DNA from: Calditrichota bacterium
Lineage (GTDB): Bacteria > Electryoneota > Electryoneia > Electryoneales > Electryoneaceae
Reading direction: 5' to 3'
DNA: 64,000 bases
Assembly (NCBI GenBank): GCA_018263585.1
Contig: JAANWZ010000130.1
Coordinates: forward strand, 14,062-78,061
Each line of letters begins with the position of its first letter. The stretch's first letter is position 1. The notes beneath the pieces were generated by a model. The model made no database searches. It saw only the letters and a list, made by a program, of their open reading frames with translations, and was not told the origin of the DNA. Shown here one piece after another: positions 50,061 through 59,822 of the stretch. A program made the position numbers and the translations under genes.

Positions 50061-50852
50061 ATGGAAGCGAGTTCAGCGAACCAGCACGATCCGAAACACC
50101 CGGCGCAGCTCAGCGACGAGCGGCTGCAACGTGTTGTGCTCGAGCATCCCGAGAGAATGCCCCGGCACGTCGCGTTCATCATGGATGGCAACGGCCGCTG
50201 GGCGAAACAGCGAAACCTCGCGCGCCTGTTCGGCCACAAGGAGGGCGTGAAGTCCGTCCGCGAGATGGTCGAGGCCGGCGTGGACATCGGCATCGATGCG
50301 ATGACGTTCTTCACGTTTTCCAAGGAGAACTGGAAGCGGCCGAAGAAAGAAGTGTCCGCGCTGATGCAGTTGCTCGTGTCCACGATCCGCAAGGAGGTCG
50401 CCGAGCTCGACAACAACAACGTCACCCTGCGCACGATCGGCTGCCTCGACGATCTGCCGGAAGTCCCGCGCCGGGAGCTGATGCTGGCGATGGACCGGCT
50501 CGCGAAGAACGACGGGCTCGTGCTCACGCTCGCGATTTCGTATTCGGGACGGCAGGACATCCTCGACGCGGTCAATCACCTCGTCACGAGCGGCGTGACC
50601 CCGATCCGCGAGCAGGACATCTCCGGCGCGCTCACCACCGCCGGGCTCCCCGATCCCGACCTGCTGATCCGCACCTCCGGCGAACGCCGGATCAGCAATT
50701 TCCTGCTCTGGCAGATCGCCTATTCGGAGCTGTTCATCACGCGCACGTTCTGGCCGGACTTCCGCCGCCGGCAACTGCTTGAGGCGATCTACGACTACCA
50801 GCATCGCGAACGTCGGTTCGGCTGCATCAGCGAACAACTGATCGAACCGTGA
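50061..50852 (+). CDS. uppS: Di-trans,poly-cis-undecaprenyl-diphosphate synthase
   Basis: HVAFIMDGNGRWA and ...RRISNFLLWQ motifs. Confidence 0.9.
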   Translation: MEASSANQHDPKHPAQLSDERLQRVVLEHPERMPRHVAFIMDGNGRWAKQRNLARLFGHKEGVKSVREMVEAGVDIGIDAMTFFTFSKENWKRPKKEVSALMQLLVSTIRKEVAELDNNNVTLRTIGCLDDLPEVPRRELMLAMDRLAKNDGLVLTLAISYSGRQDILDAVNHLVTSGVTPIREQDISGALTTAGLPDPDLLIRTSGERRISNFLLWQIAYSELFITRTFWPDFRRRQLLEAIYDYQHRERRFGCISEQLIEP

Positions 50853-51547
50853 CCGCCCCCACCGGCATCATTGAGGATCTGCACGCCCGGTTCAGCGAAA
50901 TCGTCCTGCGGGATGTCGAGTATCCGTCCGTGATCCCGACCACGATCGAACAGGTGTCGGAGCTGATCCACTGGTGCCGGGAACGCGTGTGGAAGGTGCT
51001 CCCGGTCGGGCGCGGGCATTCGTTTTCTGAACAACACCACGTGCCGACCGGGGTGTTGACGGTGGTTTCCACAGGGCGCCGCGGGATGTCGGAACCGAGT
51101 TCCCGCGATCTCGCGATCGACGTCGAGGCCGGAGTGCCCGCGAAGACGGTCGCGGAGGTGGTCGAAGGCGCCGGTTTTATCCTCGAGCGCTGGCCACGCG
51201 AATACCCCGGAACCGTCGGCGGGCTGTTCTGCGGCACGCGCGGCTCCGAGTTGCGCGCGCTCGTGCTCGGTGTGCAGATGGTGGACGGCACCGGGCGCGT
51301 GCTCCGGTTCGGCGGGCGGATCCGGAAGGACGTGAGCGGGTTTGACGCCGCCGGTACGCTGATCGGGAGCCGGGGAACCATCGGCTGGCTCGACCGTGTC
51401 TGCCTCAGGTTGAGGCCGGGCGTGTCCGCGCCCGCCGAGCGCGTTTCGCTGCCGGGCAGCACCGCGCCGGCGCCGTTCGCGGGCCTGTCGAAACGGGTCG
51501 CGCGAGCCTACGACCCGTACGATGTGTTTGTGAAGCATGAGCGGTGA
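50849..51547 (+). CDS. FAD-binding (PCMH-type, GlcE-like) domain protein, short
   Basis: 232 aa with a FAD_binding_4-like region. No C-terminal substrate domain. GTGA overlap with uppS. Confidence 0.45.
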   Translation: MTAPTGIIEDLHARFSEIVLRDVEYPSVIPTTIEQVSELIHWCRERVWKVLPVGRGHSFSEQHHVPTGVLTVVSTGRRGMSEPSSRDLAIDVEAGVPAKTVAEVVEGAGFILERWPREYPGTVGGLFCGTRGSELRALVLGVQMVDGTGRVLRFGGRIRKDVSGFDAAGTLIGSRGTIGWLDRVCLRLRPGVSAPAERVSLPGSTAPAPFAGLSKRVARAYDPYDVFVKHER

Positions 51548-54500
51548 GTGTCATGGTCCGGCGTCCGTGGATCATCCTCGTCACCCTGGTTGTCCTCTTT
51601 CTCGCCTTCTCCGGGATCGTCACATTCCGCTATCTCAATCGCTCCAACGCGCTCCGTGACAGGATTCTCAGCGAACTTTCGCAAGCCGGCGCTGTCGCCA
51701 CCCTGAAACAGGCCACGCTGAACGCGAACGGAGTCGTGCTCCACGGGTTCTCCTGGTCAACCCGCGATTCTTCGCTGACGGTCGCGGTGGACCGGGCGAG
51801 CATCCGGGCCTCGGCCGCGAATCTGATTCGTCATCCCGGGGATCTTCCCGGCGCGATCGAAAGCGTCTCACTCGCCGGGCCGGCCGTCGTTTACCGCCCG
51901 GACCGTGCGAGCGGGAAGGCGGTGCAACCGGACGAGCCCCCGGCGTTTCCATCACTGGCCGACTGGTCGGACCTCGAGCGGTTGATTCTGATCGGCGGCT
52001 CGTTTCGAATCGAAACGGGGCCAGGAGATGTCTGGTTCGAGCTCGCGGACGTCGAAGGGGCGGTTACCGGCCGGCGCGGGAGCACGGTTGAGCTCGACGT
52101 CTCCGCGTCGCTGCCCGGCGACACGGTTCGCACGATCGACGTGTACGGGAGCGGGGATCTCGCGAATCCCTCCCTGAACGCGCGGCTGGACGCCGGTCCG
52201 TTGGCGCTCGCATCGGTGACGCTGCCCGAATCCAGCCCGCTCGGCGATCTTGCGGGACAGTTCGAGCTGCACGCCCGCGGCACGCTCACCCCCGGCGGCT
52301 GGGACGCACTCGCGAGCTGGGAGCTGAACGGCGCTTCGCTGCTGATCGACGAGTCGATCAGGGTTGACCGGATCAACCTGACCGGTCTGCTCGAAAACAA
52401 GCTGCTGACGACGTCGGGATCGATCCGGTTCGAGGGGGACGAGGGCGACGTGGACGCCGAACTCGACCTCACCGCTGGACCGACGCTGCGCGCCTCTGCG
52501 GACGTGCCGGAGGTTGAGATCGGCCGCCAGCTCGGCACGTTCGCCGGGCTCACTCCGGATGAACGGCCGGAGGGCAAGGTCGCGTCAACCGGCGATTTCA
52601 CGTACGACCTCTCGACCGGGCGGATGGAGCTGACCGCGGTGGCACAGGGGCCGGTGCTCGCGTCGCCGGCCGGCGATTTCCGCGATGTCCGGCTCGACTT
52701 CTCCTGGGACAACGAACGCCACGAGCTCCGGTTCGATCACATCGCGACGGAGTGGTACGGGCTGAACGTGACCGGAGCCGGTCGATACCGGCCGTCCCGG
52801 GAGATTCCGTTCGTCGTCGAAGCGACCTACAACGGGCACGGGAAGACCTGGGACCTGCCCGAATGGCTGGCCCCGATCGAGAGCAAGACCGCCGAGGGCC
52901 GGCTCACGATCAACGATCTGCCCGACGAGGGCTGGGTGATCAGGACTGAGGCGCGGGTTCTCACCGACGCGAACCCATCCGTCGGCGAGTTCCAGGGCCG
53001 GTACAGCGCGCACGGGTACGACGCACGGCTCGACCTGTACGCGCTCCAGCTTCCGGACGCTTCCCTCCGCGTGCACACATCAAGCGTGCCCGTGAACGTG
53101 CAGGCGACGCAGCCGCAGATCGTCGCGACGTGGTGGGACGAGGACATCGAGTTCAGCGAGCACGTGCGCGGGATGGATGTACGCGCCTCCGGCCGGATCG
53201 AGCGCGACAGCGTGCGTACGCGTGCGACGATCGACGACCCGGTCACCGGCTTTTCCCTGAAACTCTCCGGCGCGTCCCGGATTGACAGCGTCGGCGCGGT
53301 GCTGACGACCGCCGGCTACGGGGTTCAGCGGAACGGCAGGTTCGTCGGCAACGGAGAGCTGACGGCGCGCTACCACGATGACCGGCTCACGATCACGGAC
53401 GCGTCATTCATGGACGCAGTCCGGGTCGCGGCGGACCTCGATTTCGCCGCGTCGCGCTTTCGGAACTTGAGCGTGACGATCGAGGAGCTCGACGCCGGCT
53501 ACCTGATCCCCGCGCTCGCGGGAATCCCGGACGGGCTCGTCGGAGGTTCGCTGAACGGACGGTTCCGGATGCGGGGACCGTTCGCGCGGCCTGATGTCAC
53601 CGCCCATCTCGAGTTGTTCGGGGGACGGTATGGGGAGCTCACCGACTACTGGGGTTTGATCACGTTCGCGACGGATTCGCTGCACAACGTGCGCGTCCGC
53701 CAGGGCGCGTTCGGGCGTGCCGGGACCACGCTGTTCACGCTGATCGGCGGGTACTCGATCCCGGACGACGAAGTGGACCTGTATGTCGAGACGCCCGGAT
53801 CCGACGCGAACACGATAACCGCGATGCTCACCGGCAACGAGGATCTGCTGAAAGGTGAGGCGGGGCTGCGCGGGCGCGTGCACGGACCGCTGGCGCTGCC
53901 CTCCTGGGACGCCGAATTCTCGATGACCGGCGGCCGGATCAGCGGCATCTACTTCGACACGGTTGACGTCCGGCTGCGCGGAGAAACGAGCGAGCGACTC
54001 GGGCACGTGCTCTATTTCGACAGGTTCGAATTCGACCGCCCGGAGCACTATCACCTCGCGATGACCGGCGCCGCACCGCTCAGCCGGGGGGCGGGTGAGA
54101 TCGAACTCAGCTTGAGCGGCGACATTCTCTCCCTGTTCCCGCAGTGGTCGGCTTTCATCGAACAGGCGTCGGGCGCCGGCGAATTGTCGTGGACGACCAC
54201 GGTCGTCGCCGGCAGACTCGTCGCGTCGCGCGGCGACCTCTCGATCCGGAACGGGTCGGCGCGGTTCAAGGAGGTGTTCCCGCCGCTGACCGACCTCGAC
54301 GTGAAGATGTCGGTCGATCCGGACGGAAACGCGCTCGTCGAGAAATTCGCCGGCGAGTTCGACGAGCAGTACGGGTTCGAGATGCGCAACCGTCCGGGCG
54401 GGGGGGCGGATTCGACACGGCTCCCGGTCCGGTTCGCTCTTCCGCCGATCAACTTCGGCGTGCTCGAGCTGAGAACTGTGGATGAGAACGGCATCCCGTT

Positions 54501-55818
54501 CCGTCTGCCGGGCATCAGCACGACGGACGGCTACGCCCGGCTCGCGATGCAGGGCAAAGGCGACTCGGACTGGTTCACGATCGCGGGCCCGGCGGACAGG
54601 CTCTACCTCGACGGCCGGCTCCGGCTCACGTCGGCCCGGTTCACGTTTCCGCCGGTGCCGGAAGAGGACGAGGTGGACATCCTCGCGAGCATCATCCCGC
54701 GCGGGGCGCTGTTCCTCGACGAGGAGCAGCAGGTCGAGACGGAAATCCCGGGGTCCATCAATCACGCGCGCTGGGATGTGAACGCGTACGTCGGCCATGA
54801 CGTTCACTTCGCACGGATCGTGAAGGGGCTGGAGAACACGCCGTTCCTCGAGACATTCTCCAGTTTCCTCGGGCAGGTCGTGCTCAACGTTGACCTCGAG
54901 CCGACGGAACCCGGCTGGCCGATCCACGTGAGCGGTACGCTGGCGGACGAGTCGTTCCGGCTCGCCGGGAAGATCGTGTCCACCGAGGGCCGGATCGAGT
55001 TCCTCGACCTCCTGTTCGAAATGGACCGCGCGGAGGTGCAGTTCGACCCGACTTCGATCTATCCCGTTGTCAGCATGCGCGCGGTGACGAACGTGATCGA
55101 GGAGGAGTTCACGCGGCAGATGTACCTGACGCTGTATGTGATCGACCCGGTCACCGGAGAACGCGTGCAGCGGGGGCGCTGGGGCGAGTTCACGTTCGTG
55201 CTCGAGGACGACATCGGCTCGAGCCAGGAGGAGGTGCTGAGCGCGATGGGGGTCGGCATCTCGGACCTGACCGGGCTGCAGAACCGGGTGATCACTTCCG
55301 GCGCCGGCGAGATCGGAAGAGCGGTCGCCCGCCGCTGGCTGCGGCCGATCGAACGCGAAGCGGCCGACTGGCTCGGGCTCGACCTCGTCCACTTCCGCCC
55401 ACAGTTCACGCAGAACCTGATCGGGCCGAACCCGACGGACTTCTTCTCCGCACAGGCCGAAGATGACCAGCGCACGACGGCGAATAGCGGACGGAAGAAC
55501 CTGTTCCGCGCGAGCCGGATCACGCTCGGCAAGTACATCGACCGTAACATCTTCATCTCGTACACTGGACAGTTCGGTGAGGAGGCGCGCTACGCGACGG
55601 TCGAGGACATCCAGCTCGGACGGCTCGGGTTGTTGCAGAAGTGGAACCTCGAATACCGCGTGCAGCCGATCTCGCCGAATTTCGTGCTCGAGCTGGGCTG
55701 GGAATACGAGAACGTGGAGAATGTGAACTACCGGTCCGCGAGAATGAAGTACTCGGTCGTGTTCGACCTGATGAGTCTGAGCTTCAGGAACCTGCAGCGC
55801 ACGGCTCTCAGACGGTGA
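51544..55818 (+). CDS. TamB/AsmA-like translocation-and-assembly-module protein (1424 aa)
   Basis: N-terminal signal-anchor helix. Very long beta-rich periplasmic protein. C-terminal DUF490-like region. Immediately upstream of bamA. Confidence 0.5.
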   Translation: MSVMVRRPWIILVTLVVLFLAFSGIVTFRYLNRSNALRDRILSELSQAGAVATLKQATLNANGVVLHGFSWSTRDSSLTVAVDRASIRASAANLIRHPGDLPGAIESVSLAGPAVVYRPDRASGKAVQPDEPPAFPSLADWSDLERLILIGGSFRIETGPGDVWFELADVEGAVTGRRGSTVELDVSASLPGDTVRTIDVYGSGDLANPSLNARLDAGPLALASVTLPESSPLGDLAGQFELHARGTLTPGGWDALASWELNGASLLIDESIRVDRINLTGLLENKLLTTSGSIRFEGDEGDVDAELDLTAGPTLRASADVPEVEIGRQLGTFAGLTPDERPEGKVASTGDFTYDLSTGRMELTAVAQGPVLASPAGDFRDVRLDFSWDNERHELRFDHIATEWYGLNVTGAGRYRPSREIPFVVEATYNGHGKTWDLPEWLAPIESKTAEGRLTINDLPDEGWVIRTEARVLTDANPSVGEFQGRYSAHGYDARLDLYALQLPDASLRVHTSSVPVNVQATQPQIVATWWDEDIEFSEHVRGMDVRASGRIERDSVRTRATIDDPVTGFSLKLSGASRIDSVGAVLTTAGYGVQRNGRFVGNGELTARYHDDRLTITDASFMDAVRVAADLDFAASRFRNLSVTIEELDAGYLIPALAGIPDGLVGGSLNGRFRMRGPFARPDVTAHLELFGGRYGELTDYWGLITFATDSLHNVRVRQGAFGRAGTTLFTLIGGYSIPDDEVDLYVETPGSDANTITAMLTGNEDLLKGEAGLRGRVHGPLALPSWDAEFSMTGGRISGIYFDTVDVRLRGETSERLGHVLYFDRFEFDRPEHYHLAMTGAAPLSRGAGEIELSLSGDILSLFPQWSAFIEQASGAGELSWTTTVVAGRLVASRGDLSIRNGSARFKEVFPPLTDLDVKMSVDPDGNALVEKFAGEFDEQYGFEMRNRPGGGADSTRLPVRFALPPINFGVLELRTVDENGIPFRLPGISTTDGYARLAMQGKGDSDWFTIAGPADRLYLDGRLRLTSARFTFPPVPEEDEVDILASIIPRGALFLDEEQQVETEIPGSINHARWDVNAYVGHDVHFARIVKGLENTPFLETFSSFLGQVVLNVDLEPTEPGWPIHVSGTLADESFRLAGKIVSTEGRIEFLDLLFEMDRAEVQFDPTSIYPVVSMRAVTNVIEEEFTRQMYLTLYVIDPVTGERVQRGRWGEFTFVLEDDIGSSQEEVLSAMGVGISDLTGLQNRVITSGAGEIGRAVARRWLRPIEREAADWLGLDLVHFRPQFTQNLIGPNPTDFFSAQAEDDQRTTANSGRKNLFRASRITLGKYIDRNIFISYTGQFGEEARYATVEDIQLGRLGLLQKWNLEYRVQPISPNFVLELGWEYENVENVNYRSARMKYSVVFDLMSLSFRNLQRTALRR

Positions 55819-55918
55819 CGCTGCGCGGGCTGATCTGCCTGAGACGGGACGCACGTTCGCTTGTCTTCACGGGACTGTGCGCGTACATTCCGATTCGCTT
55901 GAAACAGCAGATTCCGCC

Positions 55919-58267
55919 ATGCCTATCCGCCACCTGACCATCTCACTGATCATCGCTTCCGTCGCGGTCGTCCTGTTTGCGCCGGAGTCCTGTTTCGCCC
56001 AGCAGGCCGCCCCCCGCTCCGGGATCAAGGTGATGGGTGTGCGCGTGGAGGGGGAGCGATTGGCCGACCCCGGCCTGATCCTCGCCAACTCCGGGCTCGT
56101 CGTCGGCAAGGAGATCACCGGGGAGGACATCCAGCGGGCGATCCGGCGCATCTGGCGGCTCGGGTTGTTCAAGGATGTGGAGATTCTGCTCGAGCGGGAG
56201 GTGCCCGGCGGCGGTTTCTTCGTGATCAAAGTTGAGGAGTTCCCCCGCATCGCGCAAATCGAGATCAGCGGGAACCGGAAGATCAAGGACGATGAGGCAC
56301 TCGAGCTGCTCGACCTGTACCGCGGCCAGGTGATGCGGCCCGCGAAGCTGCAGGCCGCGCGGAGAAACCTGCTCGACGAATACAAGGAGAAGGGCTACCT
56401 GCTCGCCACCGTCGAGATCGAAGCGGAGGACACGGACGACCCGCTGCGCAAGAAGATCCGGTTCGTGATCGACGAAGGCCGAAAGGTACGGATCGAGGAG
56501 ATCAACTTCGTCGGTAACGAGGCGTTCGAAGACAAGACGCTGCGCAAGCAGTTCGAGGAGACGGAGCAGCGCGGCTGGTTCATTCTGAGCTGGTTCACGA
56601 CCGGTGATTTCGACCGCAGCGAATACGAAGACGATCTCGACCGGCTCGTCTCGTTCTACCGCAACCAGGGCTACCGTGACGCTGAAGTCGTGAGCGACTC
56701 GATCTCGTACACCCGCGATCTCAGTCGGATGATCCTCACAATCCGCGTTCGGGAAGGGATCCAGTACTACTTCGGCGACGTTGAGTTCGCAGGCAACAAG
56801 ATCTTCACCGAAAACCAGCTTCTCGACCGGCTCGCGTTCCGCCCGGGCGACGTGTACAGCGAGGAGAAGCTGCAGCTCACGACCGGCGAACGGCTTGGCA
56901 ACCTCTACTACGACCGCGGCTACATCTACTCGAGCATCGAGCCGCTGCTCGTTCCCGCGGCGAAGGACACGCTGGATGTCACGTTCCAGATTCACGAAGG
57001 GAACCAGTTCACCGTCCGCAAGATCCACATCCTCGGCAACACGAAGACGAAAGACAAGGTGATCCGGCGGGAGATGGTCCTGTTTCCGGGGGAGACATTC
57101 GACGTGTCGCTGCTGCGCAGGAGCGTGCGCGAGCTCACGATTCTCAACTACTTCGCGAACGTGACCCCGGACGTGCAGCCCGTGAGCGACAGCGAGGTGG
57201 ATCTCTACGTGGAAGTGGAGGAGAAACCGACGGACCAGGCGAACGTGTCCGCGGGCTACAGCGAGCGCGACGGCGTGATCGGCGCGATCGGGTTCGCGAT
57301 GCCGAATTTCCTCGGGAACGGCCAGCGGTTCAGCCTCGACTGGAACTTCGGCCGCATCTACCGCAGCTTCTCGATCAGCTTCACCGAGCCGTGGATGTTC
57401 AACACGCCGACGCTCGGCGGGATCAGCTTCTTCGACCTGCGCCGGGGCGGCTCGTTCTACGGGTTCGACGAGCACGTGTCCGGCGCGAGCTTCCGTCTCG
57501 GGCGACGGTTCCGCTGGCCGGACGACTATACCCGCGGCGACTGGATCTACCGCATCGACCGCGCCGAGTATGACAATTTCACGCGGTCGTTCCGTGAGAA
57601 CAACCCGCGCGCGCTCGAGGAAGGGCGAATCCGCTGGAGCAGCTCGCTGACCCAGATCTTCACCCGTGACAGCCGCGACAACCCGGAGTTTCCAACCCGC
57701 GGCAGCGTGTTCTCCTACTCCACCGAGCTCACCGGGCGCTTCCTCGGCGGTGACGACGAGTTCCTGAAACACAGGGTGAGCGGAGAATGGTACACTCCGC
57801 TCTACGGCAAGCTGACGCTGTATTCGCACACGCTGTTCGGCGTGCTCTACGAGCTCGGCGACGCGCGCGATGTGCCGTACATCGACTACTTCTTCATGGG
57901 CGGCAGCGGGATCAGCTTCGGCGAGTCGCTGCGCGGGTACGAGGAGGGCGATGTCGGCCCGCAGGCGGGGGGCTACCCGATCGGCGGCCAGAGCATGTTC
58001 AAGCAGACGATGGAGATCCGTCTCCCCGTGATCCCGAACCCGACCGTGTTCGTGCTCGGGTTCGCGGAAGCGGGGAACACGTGGGCCTCCCGCGGGCAGA
58101 CGAACCTCAACGACCTGCGGCGATCGGTCGGGCTCGGCGTGCGCCTCTACATGCCGTTCATCGGCCTGATCGGGCTCGACTACGGGTACGGGTTCGACTA
58201 TGTCGGCGACCAGGGACGGCGCGAGGGCCGCTGGGTCCCCCACTTCCAGTTCGGACGCACATTCTGA
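55919..58267 (+). CDS. bamA: Outer membrane protein assembly factor BamA
   Basis: Signal peptide. Five POTRA-like repeats. C-terminal beta-barrel ending ...QFGRTF. Confidence 0.85.
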   Translation: MPIRHLTISLIIASVAVVLFAPESCFAQQAAPRSGIKVMGVRVEGERLADPGLILANSGLVVGKEITGEDIQRAIRRIWRLGLFKDVEILLEREVPGGGFFVIKVEEFPRIAQIEISGNRKIKDDEALELLDLYRGQVMRPAKLQAARRNLLDEYKEKGYLLATVEIEAEDTDDPLRKKIRFVIDEGRKVRIEEINFVGNEAFEDKTLRKQFEETEQRGWFILSWFTTGDFDRSEYEDDLDRLVSFYRNQGYRDAEVVSDSISYTRDLSRMILTIRVREGIQYYFGDVEFAGNKIFTENQLLDRLAFRPGDVYSEEKLQLTTGERLGNLYYDRGYIYSSIEPLLVPAAKDTLDVTFQIHEGNQFTVRKIHILGNTKTKDKVIRREMVLFPGETFDVSLLRRSVRELTILNYFANVTPDVQPVSDSEVDLYVEVEEKPTDQANVSAGYSERDGVIGAIGFAMPNFLGNGQRFSLDWNFGRIYRSFSISFTEPWMFNTPTLGGISFFDLRRGGSFYGFDEHVSGASFRLGRRFRWPDDYTRGDWIYRIDRAEYDNFTRSFRENNPRALEEGRIRWSSSLTQIFTRDSRDNPEFPTRGSVFSYSTELTGRFLGGDDEFLKHRVSGEWYTPLYGKLTLYSHTLFGVLYELGDARDVPYIDYFFMGGSGISFGESLRGYEEGDVGPQAGGYPIGGQSMFKQTMEIRLPVIPNPTVFVLGFAEAGNTWASRGQTNLNDLRRSVGLGVRLYMPFIGLIGLDYGYGFDYVGDQGRREGRWVPHFQFGRTF

Positions 58268-58292
58268 CAGGACATTCAACACCGAGGACGTG

Positions 58293-58802
58293 ATGAGAAA
58301 GTCGATCGTACTGCTGGCGGCGCTCCTGTTCGCCGTCGCCGCAGCGCCGGCACTCGCGGAAATGAAGGTCGGCATCATCATCTCCGACCGCATCCTCAAC
58401 GAGTATCCGGAGGCGCAGGACGCGCAGAAGATCCTCGAGGAGGAGATCGCCGAGTGGCAGCGCCAGGCGAAGGAGATGGAGGAGGAGCTCACCGAGCTCG
58501 ACAAGGAACTCGCCGAAGGCAACATGTTCTACAGCGAGGAGAAGAAGGCCCAGGTGCAGGCGAAGTTCGACCGCAAGATGCTCGAGTACCGCGAGTTCCA
58601 GGCGAACATCGAGCGCCGCGCGATGCAGCGGAACCAGGAGCTGTTCGCCCCGATCAACGAGAAGATCCAGAAGGTGATCGACGAGATCGCGCAGGAGGAC
58701 GGTTACGACATCATCTTCGATGCGGTCGGCACCGCGATCGCATACGCCGACCCCGAGCTCGACATCACCGACCTCGTGCTCGAGGAGTTGAAGAAACAAT
58801 GA
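58293..58802 (+). CDS. skp: Periplasmic chaperone Skp (OmpH)
   Basis: Signal peptide. 170 aa coiled-coil Lys/Glu-rich. Downstream of bamA. Confidence 0.8.
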   Translation: MRKSIVLLAALLFAVAAAPALAEMKVGIIISDRILNEYPEAQDAQKILEEEIAEWQRQAKEMEEELTELDKELAEGNMFYSEEKKAQVQAKFDRKMLEYREFQANIERRAMQRNQELFAPINEKIQKVIDEIAQEDGYDIIFDAVGTAIAYADPELDITDLVLEELKKQ

Positions 58803-59812
58803 GCGTGACCGCGGCGGCGCTGGCGGAGTTGATCGGTGCCGAGCTCGTCGGGGACGGCTCGCTCCCGCTCGACGGCGTTGCGAAAATCGAAGACGCCGGT
58901 GAGCGCAAGGTCACGTTCATCGCCAACCGGAACTACCTCAAGTATCTGCCTGAGACCGGCGCGGGGGCGGTGATCCTCGCCTCGATCCCGGAGGGGGAGG
59001 AGGGCCGACGCAGCTACCTCGTGACAGATGATCCGTACGCCGGCTTCGTCAAGGTCCTCCGCCATTTCCACCCGGAACCCGCGAAGCCGGAGCCGGGCGT
59101 ACATCCGTCCGCGGTCGTCGCCGGCGACGCCGTGATCGCGGAGTCGGCGTCGGTCGGCCCGCTCTCCGTGGTCGAATCCGGCGCGGCGATCGGCGAGCGA
59201 ACCGTGCTGCTCGCGCACTGCTACGTCGGCCGTGACGCGAACATCGGCGCGGACTGCTTCCTCCACACCCGGGTCACCGTCCGCGAACGTTGCGAAATCG
59301 GCAGTCGCGTCGTGATCCAGGACAGCGCGGTGATCGGATCGGACGGGTTCGGCTATGCCCCGGGCGAGGAGGGGTACGCGAAGATCCCGCAGGTCGGGAA
59401 CGTCGTGCTCGAGGATGATGTCGAAATCGGCGCGAACACGACGATCGACCGTGCGACGCTCGGCTGCACGATCATCCGCCGCGGGGTCAAGCTCGACAAC
59501 CTGATCCAGATCGCGCACAACGTGGACGTCGGCGAGGACACGGTGATGGCGGCGCAGGTCGGAGTCGCCGGCTCATCGACGATCGGCCGGCGTTCGATGT
59601 TCGGCGGCCAGGTCGGCATCTCCGGCCACATCCGGCTCAGTGACGGCGTGATGATCGCCGCCCAATCCGGGGTGCACAAAGACTTCGGCCCGGACAGGAT
59701 CCTCGGCGGCTACCCGGCCGTCGAAATCCGCGAGTGGCGGAAGAACGAGGCCGCGATCCGCCAGTTGCCCGACCTGATAAAGCGCGTGAGGAAACTGGAG
59801 GGGGGGAAGTGA
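58799..59812 (+). CDS. lpxD: UDP-3-O-acylglucosamine N-acyltransferase
   Basis: ATGA overlap with skp. Left-handed beta-helix hexapeptide repeats. Confidence 0.85.
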   Translation: MSVTAAALAELIGAELVGDGSLPLDGVAKIEDAGERKVTFIANRNYLKYLPETGAGAVILASIPEGEEGRRSYLVTDDPYAGFVKVLRHFHPEPAKPEPGVHPSAVVAGDAVIAESASVGPLSVVESGAAIGERTVLLAHCYVGRDANIGADCFLHTRVTVRERCEIGSRVVIQDSAVIGSDGFGYAPGEEGYAKIPQVGNVVLEDDVEIGANTTIDRATLGCTIIRRGVKLDNLIQIAHNVDVGEDTVMAAQVGVAGSSTIGRRSMFGGQVGISGHIRLSDGVMIAAQSGVHKDFGPDRILGGYPAVEIREWRKNEAAIRQLPDLIKRVRKLEGGK

Positions 59813-59822
59813 GGATGGGACG

